64,000 nt of DNA from an uncultured Ignavibacteria bacterium (GTDB lineage Bacteria; Zixibacteria; MSB-5A5; SM1-73): the NCBI GenBank assembly GCA_964580215.1, contig CAZOJT010000001.1:126475-190474 (forward strand). The letters run 5' to 3'. Made by a program: the position numbers and the translations under genes. The notes below the pieces were generated by a model. The model saw only the letters and a program-made list of their open reading frames with translations. It searched no databases and was not told where the DNA came from. Shown here piece after piece: positions 1 through 9,775 of this stretch (the stretch's first letter is position 1; each line of letters begins with the position of its first letter).

Positions 1-1
1 T

Positions 2-316
2 ATGGGAATCTTCAAGCAATCAGATAATCCTTTGGATAATATTTCATACATCTATGTAACGGACGAACAGGAAAAGTTGCTTGGAGTGGTGACTCTGCGG
101 GAGTTGATTTTGAATCCACCGGCGGCGAAAGTTAGCAGTTTTATGAACCGGGATATTATCAAATTGAAAGTCGAAGATTCAGTCAAGCAAGTGGCTGAAA
201 CCTTTAAGAAGTATAAATTTTTGACCATCCCGGTGGTGGATGGGCAAGATCGGATGAAAGGAATAATAACCTTGAGGGATGGAGTGGAGGCGATCTTCCC
301 GGAATTTGGAGAATAA
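2..316 (+). CDS. CBS-domain protein (MgtE-like cytoplasmic CBS pair), 5' end outside window
   Basis: ORF runs to the window edge. The CBS-pair-like segment is LLGVVTLRELIL...FLTIPVVDGQDRMKGIITLRD. No TM segment, and it sits directly upstream of an NRAMP transporter. Confidence 0.55.
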   Translation: MGIFKQSDNPLDNISYIYVTDEQEKLLGVVTLRELILNPPAAKVSSFMNRDIIKLKVEDSVKQVAETFKKYKFLTIPVVDGQDRMKGIITLRDGVEAIFPEFGE

Positions 317-331
317 AGAGAGCGTAGATTT

Positions 332-463
332 CAGACACCAGATATCAGACACCAGACGGCAGACGCCAGATTTCAGATTAATCCTTTATCTGCTTACTGC
401 AATCTGTTATCTGCCTACTGGAGTCTGTTATCTGCATAATGTTATCTGTTTACCTTTTCCCTT
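332..463. repeat. Tandem direct repeats in NRAMP leader (CAGACACCAGAT-like x3-4, then TGTTATCTGC x3-4)
   Basis: Visible by eye: tcagacaccagatatcagacaccagacggcagacgccagatttcagat followed by ctgttatctgc repeated at about 10-25 nt spacing up to the NRAMP start codon. Confidence 0.6.
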
Positions 464-1714
464 ATGACTAAAAGTCTGTTATCAAAATCTCGATGGAGAA
501 ATGCACTTATCCTTCTGGCGGTGATAGGTCCTGGAATAATCACCTCTAACGTGGATAACGATGCTGGCGGAATCGCCACCTACTCCATTGCCGGTGCTCA
601 TTTTGGCTATTCTCTGATCTGGTCGCTTATTCCCATCACGTTAGCGCTTATCATAATCCAGGAGATGAGCGCTCGCATGGGGGTGGTTACGGGCAAAGGT
701 CTGTCCGATCTGATAAGGGAACATTTCGGGGTAAAGATAACCTTCTATCTCCTGACGGCTTTAATATTCACCAATTTCGGAAACACCATAGCGGAGTTTG
801 CCGGAATAGCCGCCAGCTTAGAGATATTTCACGTCTCCAAATACATTTCCGTGCCCCTGGGTGCTCTCTTCGTCTGGATGCTGGTGGTGAAAGGGACTTA
901 CAAATCAGTGGAGAAAGTTTTTCTGGGGGCTTGTCTTTTTTACCTCACCTACATTGTATCCGGTTTTTTAGCCAAACCGGATTGGAATGCAGTGAAAGAC
1001 AGCATATTGACTCCCGAGTTAGAGTTTTCCGCGGGGAGCTTTGGCATGTTGATTGGATTGATCGGGACCACCATCGCTCCCTGGATGCAGTTTTATCTGC
1101 AGTCCGCGGTGGTGGAGAAAAACATCAAGTTGAAGAATTATAAATACTCCAGGGCGGATGTTATCTCCGGAAGTTTCATGGTAAACCTGGTGGCTCTTTT
1201 TATAATTGTGGCTTGTGCTACCACTCTTTCCAAAGCAGGAATCAGAATCGAAACGGCAAAGGATGCGGCTTTGGCATTAGCACCTTTAGCGGGAAAGTAT
1301 TGTTCCTATCTTTTTGCATTCGGTCTTTTGAATGCGTCACTTTTTGCCGCTTCCATATTACCACTCTCTACTGCTTATGTGGTCTGTGAAGGAATGGGAT
1401 GGGAGCAAGGGGTGGATAGGAAATTCTCCGAAGCACCACAGTTTTATACCCTATACTCTCTTTTGATATTTTTGGGAGCAGGGGTGGTGCTCTGGCCCAA
1501 TCTACCACTTATCCCCATCATGTTCATCTCTCAGGTGGTAAACGGCATAGTTCTTCCCGTAATTCTCATCTTCATATTGATACTTATCAACAACAAAAAG
1601 ATCATGGGGTCATATACCAACGGTAGAGGCTTTAATATCTTAGCCTGGCTGACCGTGGTGATTCTGATCGCTCTCAGTGTTATGCTTCTGCTGTTGATGT
1701 TTGGGATAGTCTAA
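464..1714 (+). CDS. mntH: NRAMP family divalent metal cation transporter (MntH-like)
   Basis: 416 aa and multi-TM. Carries the NRAMP signature GPGIITSNVDNDAGGIATYSIAGAHFGYSLIWSL and the QEMSARMGVVTGKGL motif. Confidence 0.85.
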   Translation: MTKSLLSKSRWRNALILLAVIGPGIITSNVDNDAGGIATYSIAGAHFGYSLIWSLIPITLALIIIQEMSARMGVVTGKGLSDLIREHFGVKITFYLLTALIFTNFGNTIAEFAGIAASLEIFHVSKYISVPLGALFVWMLVVKGTYKSVEKVFLGACLFYLTYIVSGFLAKPDWNAVKDSILTPELEFSAGSFGMLIGLIGTTIAPWMQFYLQSAVVEKNIKLKNYKYSRADVISGSFMVNLVALFIIVACATTLSKAGIRIETAKDAALALAPLAGKYCSYLFAFGLLNASLFAASILPLSTAYVVCEGMGWEQGVDRKFSEAPQFYTLYSLLIFLGAGVVLWPNLPLIPIMFISQVVNGIVLPVILIFILILINNKKIMGSYTNGRGFNILAWLTVVILIALSVMLLLLMFGIV

Positions 1715-1898
1715 ATTATACCAGACTGCTGGCAAATCAAAAAATTTAAAATGCAAAAAGAAAAATTCAAAAATACAATTGAAAATCCAAAGTTACCTCT
1801 CATTCCACATGATTGTTACCTGCGAATTTTCAATTTTGAATTGCAATTTTGCTTTTTGCTCTTTGATTTTTGAATTTTCTTTCAACAAAGTTTATTTC

Positions 1899-1927
1899 TT
1901 GACAGCACTTTGGTTTCCCCGTAAATT
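1899..1927 (+). promoter_or_regulatory. Sigma-70-like promoter (TTGACA-17-TAAATT) upstream of the two-component operon
   Basis: TTGACA at 1899-1904, a 17-nt spacer, then TAAATT at 1922-1927. An AT-rich A-tract region lies upstream, and the ATG of the kinase is about 35 nt downstream. Confidence 0.4.
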
Positions 1928-1962
1928 GAATTCGTCAAAGCGTTCATCTTTAAGGAGAAGAG

Positions 1963-4026
1963 ATGGCTTCTTTCCCCACTACGAGATTTTTAGCGAACAT
2001 AAGATTAAGATACGTGGTCATCATCACCCTGCTTTTGGCTTTCATCTTCTTTTTAATCGCGCTTTTTGGTATCCAAAAGAGCAAATCCAACATGTTGAGG
2101 GTGATGGAAAAACAAGGGATGGCTTTGTTGGAAAGCTTGATTCTGGCAAGCCAGAATACGGTCCGGGCAAATGCTTTAGTGGAGGAGCTGGTAGGGGAGA
2201 GGCTTCGGGACATCGCAAATTTAGTTAATCAAATGGAAAAAGATGGAAAGGTGAGAAACTCGAAATTAGAGAACATGGTAAAAAAAAGTAATCTCTTGCG
2301 GATTGATATTCTGGATCAGGGTATGAATCTGAAATATAGCAGTCATCCCTCAGATAAAGGAATCTATCAGGATTCAACCACTTCGGTGATTCCTTCTGTA
2401 AGAAGCATCCTGGAGGGGGAAGAGGAAGAGGTGGTTTTTGGGATCGAAGCTAAATCTCTTTTAGCGGAAAAAAGCTACGCCGCCGCAGTGAAAAGGTCAA
2501 AAGAAGCAGGTGCTGTGGTGGTGGTCGCCTCCGCCTCCTACTTGGAGAGCTTCAAAAAAGAGATCGGAATCGGTTATCTGATTCAGAAGATTAGCCAGCA
2601 AAGCGGAGTCGATTATATCGTTTTACAATCGAGGGAAGGGATAGTGTTGGCATCCAAGAAAGTGGAACGGATGTTGAAAATTGAAGAAGACCCTTTTATT
2701 CAAAGCGCTCTGACAGAGGAGTTGGCTAAAAGCAGAATCACCACCTTTGAAGAAGAGGATGTCCTGGAAGTGGTGAAGCCGTTTAAGTCCGAAGATATAC
2801 CTTCAGGGATTTTCAGAATCGGGCTTTCTCTGAAAGGGTATAAGAAAGTCGCTTCCAGCTATCAAAAACAGATGATCTTATTCTCCATTATTTTGTTTTT
2901 TCTAGGGCTTTTGACAACCGGAATCGTGATCATCAATCAAAACTACTCTATTTTAGATAGATCATATAAGGAGATTAAGACCCTTACCGGAAACGTACTT
3001 GAAGCCATGCACAGCGCGGTGGTGGCGGTGGATGAGGAGGGTAAAATCGTCATGCTGAATCGTTTGGCTGAGGATCTGTTCGGGATAAGCAAAGATCATG
3101 CTATCAATCAGGATTATAATTCCATTTTCCCGGATGATCCCTGTCTGCTGAAACAAACTCTTGAAAAGAAGAGAACCACCAGGGATGTTGAGACCGAATT
3201 TCGCACACTTTCCGGCGAGGATAAGGTTTTGATAATCGGAACCTCCTGCCTTTTCGATGAGGAGAAAAAATTCAAAGGGGCGGTGGCGGTGATTCACGAT
3301 ATCACCGAGTTAAAACAATATGAGGAGGAGGCAAAGAGAGCAGAAAGACTTTCGGCTCTAGGAAACTTAGCCGCAGGCGTTGCCCATGAGATAAGAAATC
3401 CTTTAAATGCTATCTCCATCACCGCCCAAAGACTGAAGTCAGAGTTCGTTCCTCAAAAGGATCAGGAGGAGTATGCATCCTTCATTCGGATTATCTTAGA
3501 CGAGATTAAAAGATTGGACAATATTATAAATCAGTTTTTGAGCTTAGCCAAAGCGCAAAAGCTGAATTTAGTCCCTACTGATATGAGCAAGTTTTTGAAT
3601 GAGGTTGTGGACCTGGCGAAAATTGAGGCGGATCAAAAGAACATTCAACTCACCAGGGAGATTGAGAGCCTTCCACAAATTAAAATCGATCCAGAGGAGT
3701 TGAAGAAAGCTCTTTTGAACATAATACTGAATGGAATTCAGGCAACGCCTTCAAGTTATGAATTAAGTGTTCGGTCTTATCTGGATGATTTACAAAGGAA
3801 TATAGTAATAGAAATTAAAGATTCAGGAGGTGGAATTCCTAAACAGGAGCTTTCCAAGATTTTCCAACCCTACTTTTCCACCAAAGAGAAAGGAACCGGA
3901 TTGGGACTTTCTATAGCTTATCGAATTATCTCCGATCATAAGGGTAAAATCGAAGTGAAAAGTGAGGTGGGAAAAGAAACCATTTTCACCGTAAAATTGC
4001 CTATCACATGGAACACAACAGGGTAA
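1963..4026 (+). CDS. Sensor histidine kinase (N-terminal TM + periplasmic domain, PAS, HisKA, HATPase_c)
   Basis: N-terminal TM helix, a second TM near residue 300 and a PAS-like region. H-box AHEIRNPLNAI, then N and G boxes (LLNIILNGIQAT, DSGGGIP, GTGLGLSIAY). Confidence 0.85.
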   Translation: MASFPTTRFLANIRLRYVVIITLLLAFIFFLIALFGIQKSKSNMLRVMEKQGMALLESLILASQNTVRANALVEELVGERLRDIANLVNQMEKDGKVRNSKLENMVKKSNLLRIDILDQGMNLKYSSHPSDKGIYQDSTTSVIPSVRSILEGEEEEVVFGIEAKSLLAEKSYAAAVKRSKEAGAVVVVASASYLESFKKEIGIGYLIQKISQQSGVDYIVLQSREGIVLASKKVERMLKIEEDPFIQSALTEELAKSRITTFEEEDVLEVVKPFKSEDIPSGIFRIGLSLKGYKKVASSYQKQMILFSIILFFLGLLTTGIVIINQNYSILDRSYKEIKTLTGNVLEAMHSAVVAVDEEGKIVMLNRLAEDLFGISKDHAINQDYNSIFPDDPCLLKQTLEKKRTTRDVETEFRTLSGEDKVLIIGTSCLFDEEKKFKGAVAVIHDITELKQYEEEAKRAERLSALGNLAAGVAHEIRNPLNAISITAQRLKSEFVPQKDQEEYASFIRIILDEIKRLDNIINQFLSLAKAQKLNLVPTDMSKFLNEVVDLAKIEADQKNIQLTREIESLPQIKIDPEELKKALLNIILNGIQATPSSYELSVRSYLDDLQRNIVIEIKDSGGGIPKQELSKIFQPYFSTKEKGTGLGLSIAYRIISDHKGKIEVKSEVGKETIFTVKLPITWNTTG

Positions 4027-4055
4027 CTTACGTTTAACAAACTATGGGATGAGTT

Positions 4056-5423
4056 ATGGCACTTTATCGAATTTTGATAGTGGATGACGATGAACATCAG
4101 AGAGAACAATTATCTGGCTTTTTGAAAAAGCAGGGTTTTAGCGTGACAACTGCTGAATCGGGTCTAGAGGCGATAAATCTTTGTCAAGACAAACATTTCG
4201 AGGTGGCTCTGATCGATCTAAAGATGCCCGGAATGGATGGAATTGAACTTTTAAAGAAGCTGAAAGAGTCAAACCCGGAAATTCAGGTGATTATGATCAC
4301 CGCGCACGGCTCGGTGGACACTGCAGTTGAAGCTATGAAACTGGGAGCATATCACTATGTAAATAAGCCAATTAACCTTGATGAGTTGAAACTAAACATT
4401 AACAAAGCCCTAGAAAGCTATCATCTTGTGTCGGAGAACAAATATTTAAAGGAGCAACTGGAAGAAAAATATAAGGATGTTCAGATAATCGGGAATAGCA
4501 AGGCAATAAAAGAGGTGCTAAGCACGGTTTCCCGGGTGGCAAAAACGAAATCGACTGTTTTGATAAGAGGCGACAGCGGGACAGGAAAAGAGCTCGTAGC
4601 AAGGGCAATTCATGCTTTAAGTGATCAAGCAGACCAAAGATTTATTCCCATCTCCTGTGCGGCTTTGCCGGAGACTCTCTTTGAGTCGGAGCTATTCGGA
4701 CATGAAAGAGGCGCCTTTACCGGAGCAATCAAGAAGAGAGAAGGTAGATTTGAACTGGCTGATGGGGGAACTCTGTTTTTGGATGAGGTGGGGGATATTC
4801 CCCTAGAGACCCAGGTTAAACTCCTTAGGGTGATTGAGTCGCAGGAATTTGAAAGATTAGGCGGTAAGGAAACTTTAAAAGTGGATGTGCGCATTATCTC
4901 TGCCACCAATCAAGACCTGGAGAAGAAGATCAAAGAGAGGAGTTTCAGGGAGGATCTGTATTATCGGCTGAATGTGATTTCCGTATTCATTCCCCCTTTG
5001 CGAGAAAGAAAAGGAGATATTTTGCTTTTAGTGGATCACTTCATCAAGAAAGCCAATCAAAAATGTGGCAGATCAATTAAAGGGATTACTCCAGAGGTCA
5101 AGGACTTAATTTTAAATTATGATTGGCCTGGAAACGTGCGGGAGCTGGAGAACGTGATCGAGAGGGGAGTAGTTCTTTCCAGGACAGAGGTGATAGACAA
5201 AACAGACCTGCCGTATTTTGGATTGGTGTCGGATAAATCTCTTAAGCATCTTCCATCCGCATCACTTTCTCTTAAAGATGTAGAAAAAGATCATATCTTG
5301 AGGGTTTTAAAAAAGACCAATTGGAACTTGAACAAGACCGCAGAGGTTTTGGGAATTCACCGAAATACACTTCGTTTGAAGATGAAAGAATATGGAATCG
5401 AGAAGGTCAACGGATTAAACTGA
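4056..5423 (+). CDS. Sigma-54-dependent response regulator (REC + AAA+ sigma-54 activator + Fis-type HTH), NtrC/AtoC/ZraR family
   Basis: REC domain (ILIVDDDEH...DLKMPGMDG). Walker A GDSGTGKELVARAIH and the GAFTGA motif ESELFGHERGAFTGA. C-terminal HTH NKTAEVLGIHRNTLRLKMKEYGI. Confidence 0.9.
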   Translation: MALYRILIVDDDEHQREQLSGFLKKQGFSVTTAESGLEAINLCQDKHFEVALIDLKMPGMDGIELLKKLKESNPEIQVIMITAHGSVDTAVEAMKLGAYHYVNKPINLDELKLNINKALESYHLVSENKYLKEQLEEKYKDVQIIGNSKAIKEVLSTVSRVAKTKSTVLIRGDSGTGKELVARAIHALSDQADQRFIPISCAALPETLFESELFGHERGAFTGAIKKREGRFELADGGTLFLDEVGDIPLETQVKLLRVIESQEFERLGGKETLKVDVRIISATNQDLEKKIKERSFREDLYYRLNVISVFIPPLRERKGDILLLVDHFIKKANQKCGRSIKGITPEVKDLILNYDWPGNVRELENVIERGVVLSRTEVIDKTDLPYFGLVSDKSLKHLPSASLSLKDVEKDHILRVLKKTNWNLNKTAEVLGIHRNTLRLKMKEYGIEKVNGLN

Positions 5424-5620
5424 TGAAATGGTCAACAGATTAAGCGGATTGTGTCTCTTGCTTCTCGTTGGCATTCGGTGGCTGGCAGACTTCACCTGTC
5501 CTATGATGGTTCGGCTCAACCGGGTCCCTGCTGAGGGGAAATGAATCGAGGCTGAAGAACAGCCGACAGTGCGAACTGCCTATGCATTATGATATTTGAC
5601 GTTTTGCAGAGAATGGAATT

Positions 5621-6259
5621 ATGAGAAACAAGATCAGAATATGCTATTATAACCTCTTTTCTCGTTTTTACGACGCTTTCGTTGCCTTACACTCCGGTGA
5701 CCCCGGTGGAAGATTGAGGGATCATCTGGCCGGAAAGGTTGGGTTAAAAAGCGCTGATGCGGTCTTAGACATATGTACCGGCACGGGAGCTATGTTGTCG
5801 AGTCTGCGCAAACGTATAGATGAGGAAGGGATGGTGGTTGGTCTTGATTTCTCAAGAGGAATGTTAAGGGCAGCCAGATCCAAACTTGCCTCCTATCCGA
5901 ATATCTTCTTGATCGAGGCGGACGTTTCCAACCTTCCTTTTAAGAATGACGTCTTCTCCGGCGTTACCTGCTCACATGCCTTCTATGAACTGAAAGGAGA
6001 TGCTTCAGTCAAATGTTTGCGTGAGATACATCGGGTACTCAGGAAGGGGAAGCATTTTTTGATGATGGAACATGAGGTTCCAGAGAATAGATTTGTTAGG
6101 ATGCTTTTTTATGTCAGGATATTCTTTATGGGTCGGAAGAAAGCCCTGGAGATTCTAAAAGAAGGGGAGAAGATATTCAGAAATAATTTTGGCCGGGTGG
6201 AAAAGTCAAAGACAGAAGACAGCAAGTCGAAAATCGTAGTCTGCGAAAAGGGGCGATAG
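5621..6259 (+). CDS. Class I SAM-dependent methyltransferase (UbiE/COQ5-type, methyltransf_11-like)
   Basis: Motif I VLDICTGTGAM, post-I GLDFSRGML and motif II/III region LIEADVSNLPFKNDVFSGVT. Confidence 0.7.
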   Translation: MRNKIRICYYNLFSRFYDAFVALHSGDPGGRLRDHLAGKVGLKSADAVLDICTGTGAMLSSLRKRIDEEGMVVGLDFSRGMLRAARSKLASYPNIFLIEADVSNLPFKNDVFSGVTCSHAFYELKGDASVKCLREIHRVLRKGKHFLMMEHEVPENRFVRMLFYVRIFFMGRKKALEILKEGEKIFRNNFGRVEKSKTEDSKSKIVVCEKGR

Positions 6260-6299
6260 CGCATTGACTTCCGCTGGCGCAACGGAGATCCTTCGGGCG

Positions 6300-6450
6300 G
6301 GAGATGAACGGGTCAACAGATTAAACGGATGAGACTGATGAATTGATGTCCCCTCTCCCCTTGGGGGAGACGAAGACCCGTCTGGGAGGGATGGGGTGAG
6401 GGGGAAAGTAATGGTCAACGGATTAAACGGATGAAGCGGATTAAGTGTCC
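6300..6450. repeat. Short repeat unit TGGTCAACRGATTAARCGGATGA, two copies flanking a G/C hairpin; further copies at 5405-5450 and (inverted) 51730-51765
   Basis: Copies at 6311-6332 and 6413-6445. The same word forms the last codons of the response regulator (EKVNGLN, 5403-5423) and recurs at 5428-5447 and 51744-51760 (reverse complement). Confidence 0.5.
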
Positions 6451-6487
6451 GTGTAATTCTGGTTAATCAAACTCAGGAGGAGAAGCT

Positions 6488-6832
6488 ATGGAGAAGATGA
6501 TTGCTTTTTGCGGGCTGGTTTGTACCGAATGTCCGGCATTCATTGCCACACAGAAAGATGATGAAGAAGAAAGAAGAAAAGTGGCTGAAATGTGGTCCAA
6601 AGAGTTTAAGATGGATTTGAAACCCGAAGACATCAACTGCGATGGGTGTTTAATTGACAGTGAAAACCTTTTCAGTCACTGCAAGGTTTGTCCAATACGG
6701 AAATGCGGAAAAGAGAAGAGAGTCGAAAATTGCGCCTATTGCGATGAATATGCGTGCGAAAAACTGACCAACTTTTTCAAAATGGCGCCCGAGGCAAAAA
6801 CGACTCTTGATAAAGTAAGAAAGATTCTCTGA
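6488..6832 (+). CDS. DUF3795-family cysteine-rich protein
   Basis: 114 aa with Cys pattern CGLVCTECPAF ... CDGC ... CKVCPIRKC ... CAYCDEYAC, typical of DUF3795 proteins. Good RBS GGAGGAG. Confidence 0.55.
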   Translation: MEKMIAFCGLVCTECPAFIATQKDDEEERRKVAEMWSKEFKMDLKPEDINCDGCLIDSENLFSHCKVCPIRKCGKEKRVENCAYCDEYACEKLTNFFKMAPEAKTTLDKVRKIL

Positions 6833-6899
6833 TTTTTCCATCTGCAGAACGCCGTTTTCATTTGTTCCCGTTCTTGCTTATCACCAATGGTGTTTAGTT

Positions 6900-7075
6900 G
6901 GTAGGGCGGGCATCCTTGCCCGCCGAATTTATGCGGGGCTGGAAGCCCCGCCTACGAATCGAGGTTTCCGTAGGGACAGGGCTTGGCCCTGGTGCGAACC
7001 AGAACGAGGACAGCCACAAGGGCTGTCCCTACGTCTGAATACCTGGAGCGGGCGCCATGAATGGCGTCCCTATAA
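6900..7075. repeat. Cluster of GC-rich extragenic palindromes (REP-like family C: gcggggctgg..agccccgcctacg)
   Basis: Hairpins gggcgggcatccttgcccgcc, gcggggctggaagccccgc and gggacagccacaagggctgtccc. Related copies at 9633-9775 and 22556-22663. Confidence 0.6.
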
Positions 7076-7120
7076 TCCTCACAACTATAGGAGCTCGATT
7101 CCTCGAGTCCGAAATCGACT

Positions 7121-8062
7121 TTGATCTGGTTCGGAATGAATAATCCCCACCAGCAACATGATAACCCAAACTTATCTGCAGGTTATCTCTACGCATCCCT
7201 GTCTGCGGTCATGGCGTCGGTGTTAATTGTGTCTGGTAAATGGACGCTCTATGCAATCTCCCCTCTGGCACTAAGTGCCTTAGTTTTTCCTATAGGTTCG
7301 GTTGTCCTGGGGCTGACTATGATTCCCCGGAAGCGATGGAAGCGAATCTTTGCTCTTGACCTAAGAGCGTGGGTATGGACTCTTGCTTTTAGTGTGCTGG
7401 CTTTCGTGGCAATCTGGACTTACTGGATTGGACTCAAAATGATGGACCCCACGTTAGCCTCATTTCTGAACCGCTTCGAGACTCTGGTTACAATCTCTCT
7501 GGGCATTTTGATTTTGGGTGAACGTTTTACTAAAGGTGAGGGGGCGGGCGCGATTTTAGTGTTGTTCGGAATTGTATTGATGAAGTTCGCCTTTAGAGCG
7601 GAGTATTCTGTCGGATTTTGGGTGGTGTTGTTCAGTTCTGTCTGCTTTGGGACGGCAGAGTTTATTGCCAAGATCGCTGTTCGTTATGTCGAGCCTTTGA
7701 CCATCAGCTTCTTACGGAACGTGGTGACCTCGATATTCTTTTGGATTGCAGTACTGATCGTAGGAACTTCCTTTGAAGGAGTTAGGTCGGTATGGTGGGG
7801 AGTTCTAATTATCGCCTTTGCCGGTCCAATACTAACCCGGCCGATTTATCTTTACGCCTTAAAACATATCGAAGTCTCCAAGGTCGCCCTGATTAACCAG
7901 AGCCAACCTGTTTTCGTGGCAATCCTGGCGCTTCTGGCTCTAAGCCAGACACCCGCCCCCCGTGAGATCATAGGCGGGCTATTTGTAATCGGTGGGTGCT
8001 TGTTTATTATCATAAGCCGCAGAAAACTTCGGCCCGGGAATGCCTTGAAGCCTCGGGAATAG
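7121..8062 (+). CDS. EamA/DMT-superfamily membrane transporter
   Basis: About 10 predicted TM helices in two EamA-like halves. No recognisable soluble domain. The true start may be internal. Confidence 0.55.
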   Translation: MIWFGMNNPHQQHDNPNLSAGYLYASLSAVMASVLIVSGKWTLYAISPLALSALVFPIGSVVLGLTMIPRKRWKRIFALDLRAWVWTLAFSVLAFVAIWTYWIGLKMMDPTLASFLNRFETLVTISLGILILGERFTKGEGAGAILVLFGIVLMKFAFRAEYSVGFWVVLFSSVCFGTAEFIAKIAVRYVEPLTISFLRNVVTSIFFWIAVLIVGTSFEGVRSVWWGVLIIAFAGPILTRPIYLYALKHIEVSKVALINQSQPVFVAILALLALSQTPAPREIIGGLFVIGGCLFIIISRRKLRPGNALKPRE

Positions 8063-8237
8063 CAATTGTGGAAGTTTTTGAAGAGGAGGAAAAAGTACTT
8101 GAGTTTTGAAAAGAAACGCCTTAGTGTAAAACAAAAGCAGATAAACTCACGAAAAGCGCTTGATTAGATGAACTGACGTTTCAGGAGGCGCGGTTTCGTG
8201 ATGACAAAATTTTGTTGCGAAAGAAAGGAGGAACAAA

Positions 8238-9077
8238 GTGACCATCAAAGACGCTGTGGAGGCTCTGGAAAAAGCCAGAGATTCAACGGTCATATCCTAT
8301 ATAGCGACCGATGGTTTTATAGACATGTCGGACTGCCTTGCGCTGGACGATAACCTGTCGTCTCTGACGGATTCGGGCCAGAAAAAACTACCTAAGTTAG
8401 ATCTCATACTACATAGTTCGGGGGGCATGCTTGAGGCTGCGTATAAATTTGTCAGGATCTGTCGACAATACTGTGATTCCTTCGCGGTCATTGTACCAGT
8501 ATTCGCGAAGAGCGCAGCAAGCTTTATTTGTTTCGCAGCTGATGAGATCGTGATGACGACCGTGTCTGAGCTTGGCCCTGTTGACCCAATAATCCAACAC
8601 CCGCAGAATCCTAATATTAGAGTACCTGCCAGATCGATCGCGGATTATCTTGAGTTCATAGCTGGTGTTGAAACTAAGGTGGCCTCTATTAATCCTGAGA
8701 CCAGAAGGACACTGGATAGACAGTTGGACCCTTATTTGATTGGGAGTTACCAAAGCGCCATTACAGGCTCCAAAGAGATTATAAAAAGGCTGCTCGAAGA
8801 AAATACTGCTTTTGTATATAAAGAAAAAATACCGGAGGTGGTAAAGTTATTCACCGAAACGTATCGACTGCACACCTTTCCGATTGATCGAGATGAACTT
8901 GACAGAATCGGGTTTGGACCTATGGTAGTGAGACCCGAGCAGACACCTGGGCTTCTCGTTGCAATAAAACAGCTTTTAGGGATTTACCTTAATTTCATGC
9001 AGGTGAATGACTTCATCAAGCTGCAGGGAAATAGGTACAAGAACTGGCATGTGGGTCGCAAAAAGGCTCAAGTGTGA
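8238..9077 (+). CDS. ClpP-fold serine peptidase, S49/SDH (serine dehydrogenase proteinase)-like
   Basis: LILHSSGGMLEAAYKFVRI...VPVFAKSAASFICFAADEIVMTTVSELGPVDPII resembles the ClpP/SppA core, with a putative catalytic Ser in AKSAAS. Confidence 0.55.
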   Translation: MTIKDAVEALEKARDSTVISYIATDGFIDMSDCLALDDNLSSLTDSGQKKLPKLDLILHSSGGMLEAAYKFVRICRQYCDSFAVIVPVFAKSAASFICFAADEIVMTTVSELGPVDPIIQHPQNPNIRVPARSIADYLEFIAGVETKVASINPETRRTLDRQLDPYLIGSYQSAITGSKEIIKRLLEENTAFVYKEKIPEVVKLFTETYRLHTFPIDRDELDRIGFGPMVVRPEQTPGLLVAIKQLLGIYLNFMQVNDFIKLQGNRYKNWHVGRKKAQV

Positions 9078-9092
9078 GGGAGGCACTATAAA

Positions 9093-9611
9093 ATGCAAAC
9101 TGAATCTTTGTTAGTTTTGGGTGCCCAGTCTCCACCATCTCCAGGATTTGAATCTATATTGCTCATTGCGGCCACAGTCGTGGGTTTCTTTTTTGGAGCT
9201 CTCCTTACATACCTTTTTGACTTGAAGAAGCTAAAAATAATTAGAAAGAAGGAATTTGATCTACACCAAGTTAATTCCCTTCTTGCACTGCTCAAAAGGC
9301 TGTTGATTGTGACGCGTGGAGAGCTACCAGCCGAGAAAGAAATAGCGAGTGATATACTTGATGAGTTTTACGCGGAAGCGGCACTGGTCGTTTCGCTGCC
9401 AAGTGCTATCACTTCGAAGCTCGACGAACTATACTCGAGGTGTTTAGCCTATAATGAATATCTTGATTTGTTACAAAACCGATCAGATACTACCTCGCTC
9501 GAGCAAGGTAATCTCAAACTTTCGGACAAGAGAGAAGAACAGAAACGGCACGAATTGGAAAACCTGGTGAAGGAGATTGTGGGCCAGATACGAGAGTCTT
9601 ACGTAGTTTAG
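9093..9611 (+). CDS. Small membrane-anchored coiled-coil protein, unknown function (likely co-transcribed with the upstream peptidase)
   Basis: N-terminal TM (ILLIAATVVGFFFGALLTYLF) followed by a charged helical region. The 15-nt gap to the peptidase gene contains an RBS (gagggagg). Confidence 0.4.
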   Translation: MQTESLLVLGAQSPPSPGFESILLIAATVVGFFFGALLTYLFDLKKLKIIRKKEFDLHQVNSLLALLKRLLIVTRGELPAEKEIASDILDEFYAEAALVVSLPSAITSKLDELYSRCLAYNEYLDLLQNRSDTTSLEQGNLKLSDKREEQKRHELENLVKEIVGQIRESYVV

Positions 9612-9632
9612 TAACTTTTGCGGGAAGAATCA

Positions 9633-9775
9633 TGCGGGGCTGGTCATCCCATAGGCAGATCCCCCGCCTCTGGCGGGGGAGAGCCCCGCCTACGCGGGAC
9701 TTGTGGATGATAACATCCACAAGGAGCAGAAAGTCACGTAGGGTCCCACCTCAGGCGGGACGAACTCAGGCACTT
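9633..9775. repeat. REP-like palindrome cluster (family C copy)
   Basis: catgcggggctggtcatcccataggcagatcccccgcctctggcgggggagagccccgcctacg, plus hairpins gtggatgataacatccac and gtcccacctcaggcgggac. Confidence 0.6.

Noticed and set aside
931-1143. 70-aa ORF inside the NRAMP gene (and similar nested ORFs at 2962-3297, 4399-4909, 55379-55870, 47360-48356)
   Set aside because: All are internal to strongly supported genes in other frames or strands. They are typical six-frame noise.
5424-5620. Search for a sigma-54 promoter (TGGCAC-N5-TTGCA) downstream of the sigma-54 activator gene and elsewhere (15236, 24045, 30540)
   Set aside because: Candidates (ttggcattcggtggctggcag; tatatttgcaagg) lack the conserved GG/GC dinucleotides at the correct 10-nt spacing. 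No convincing -24/-12 promoter was found.
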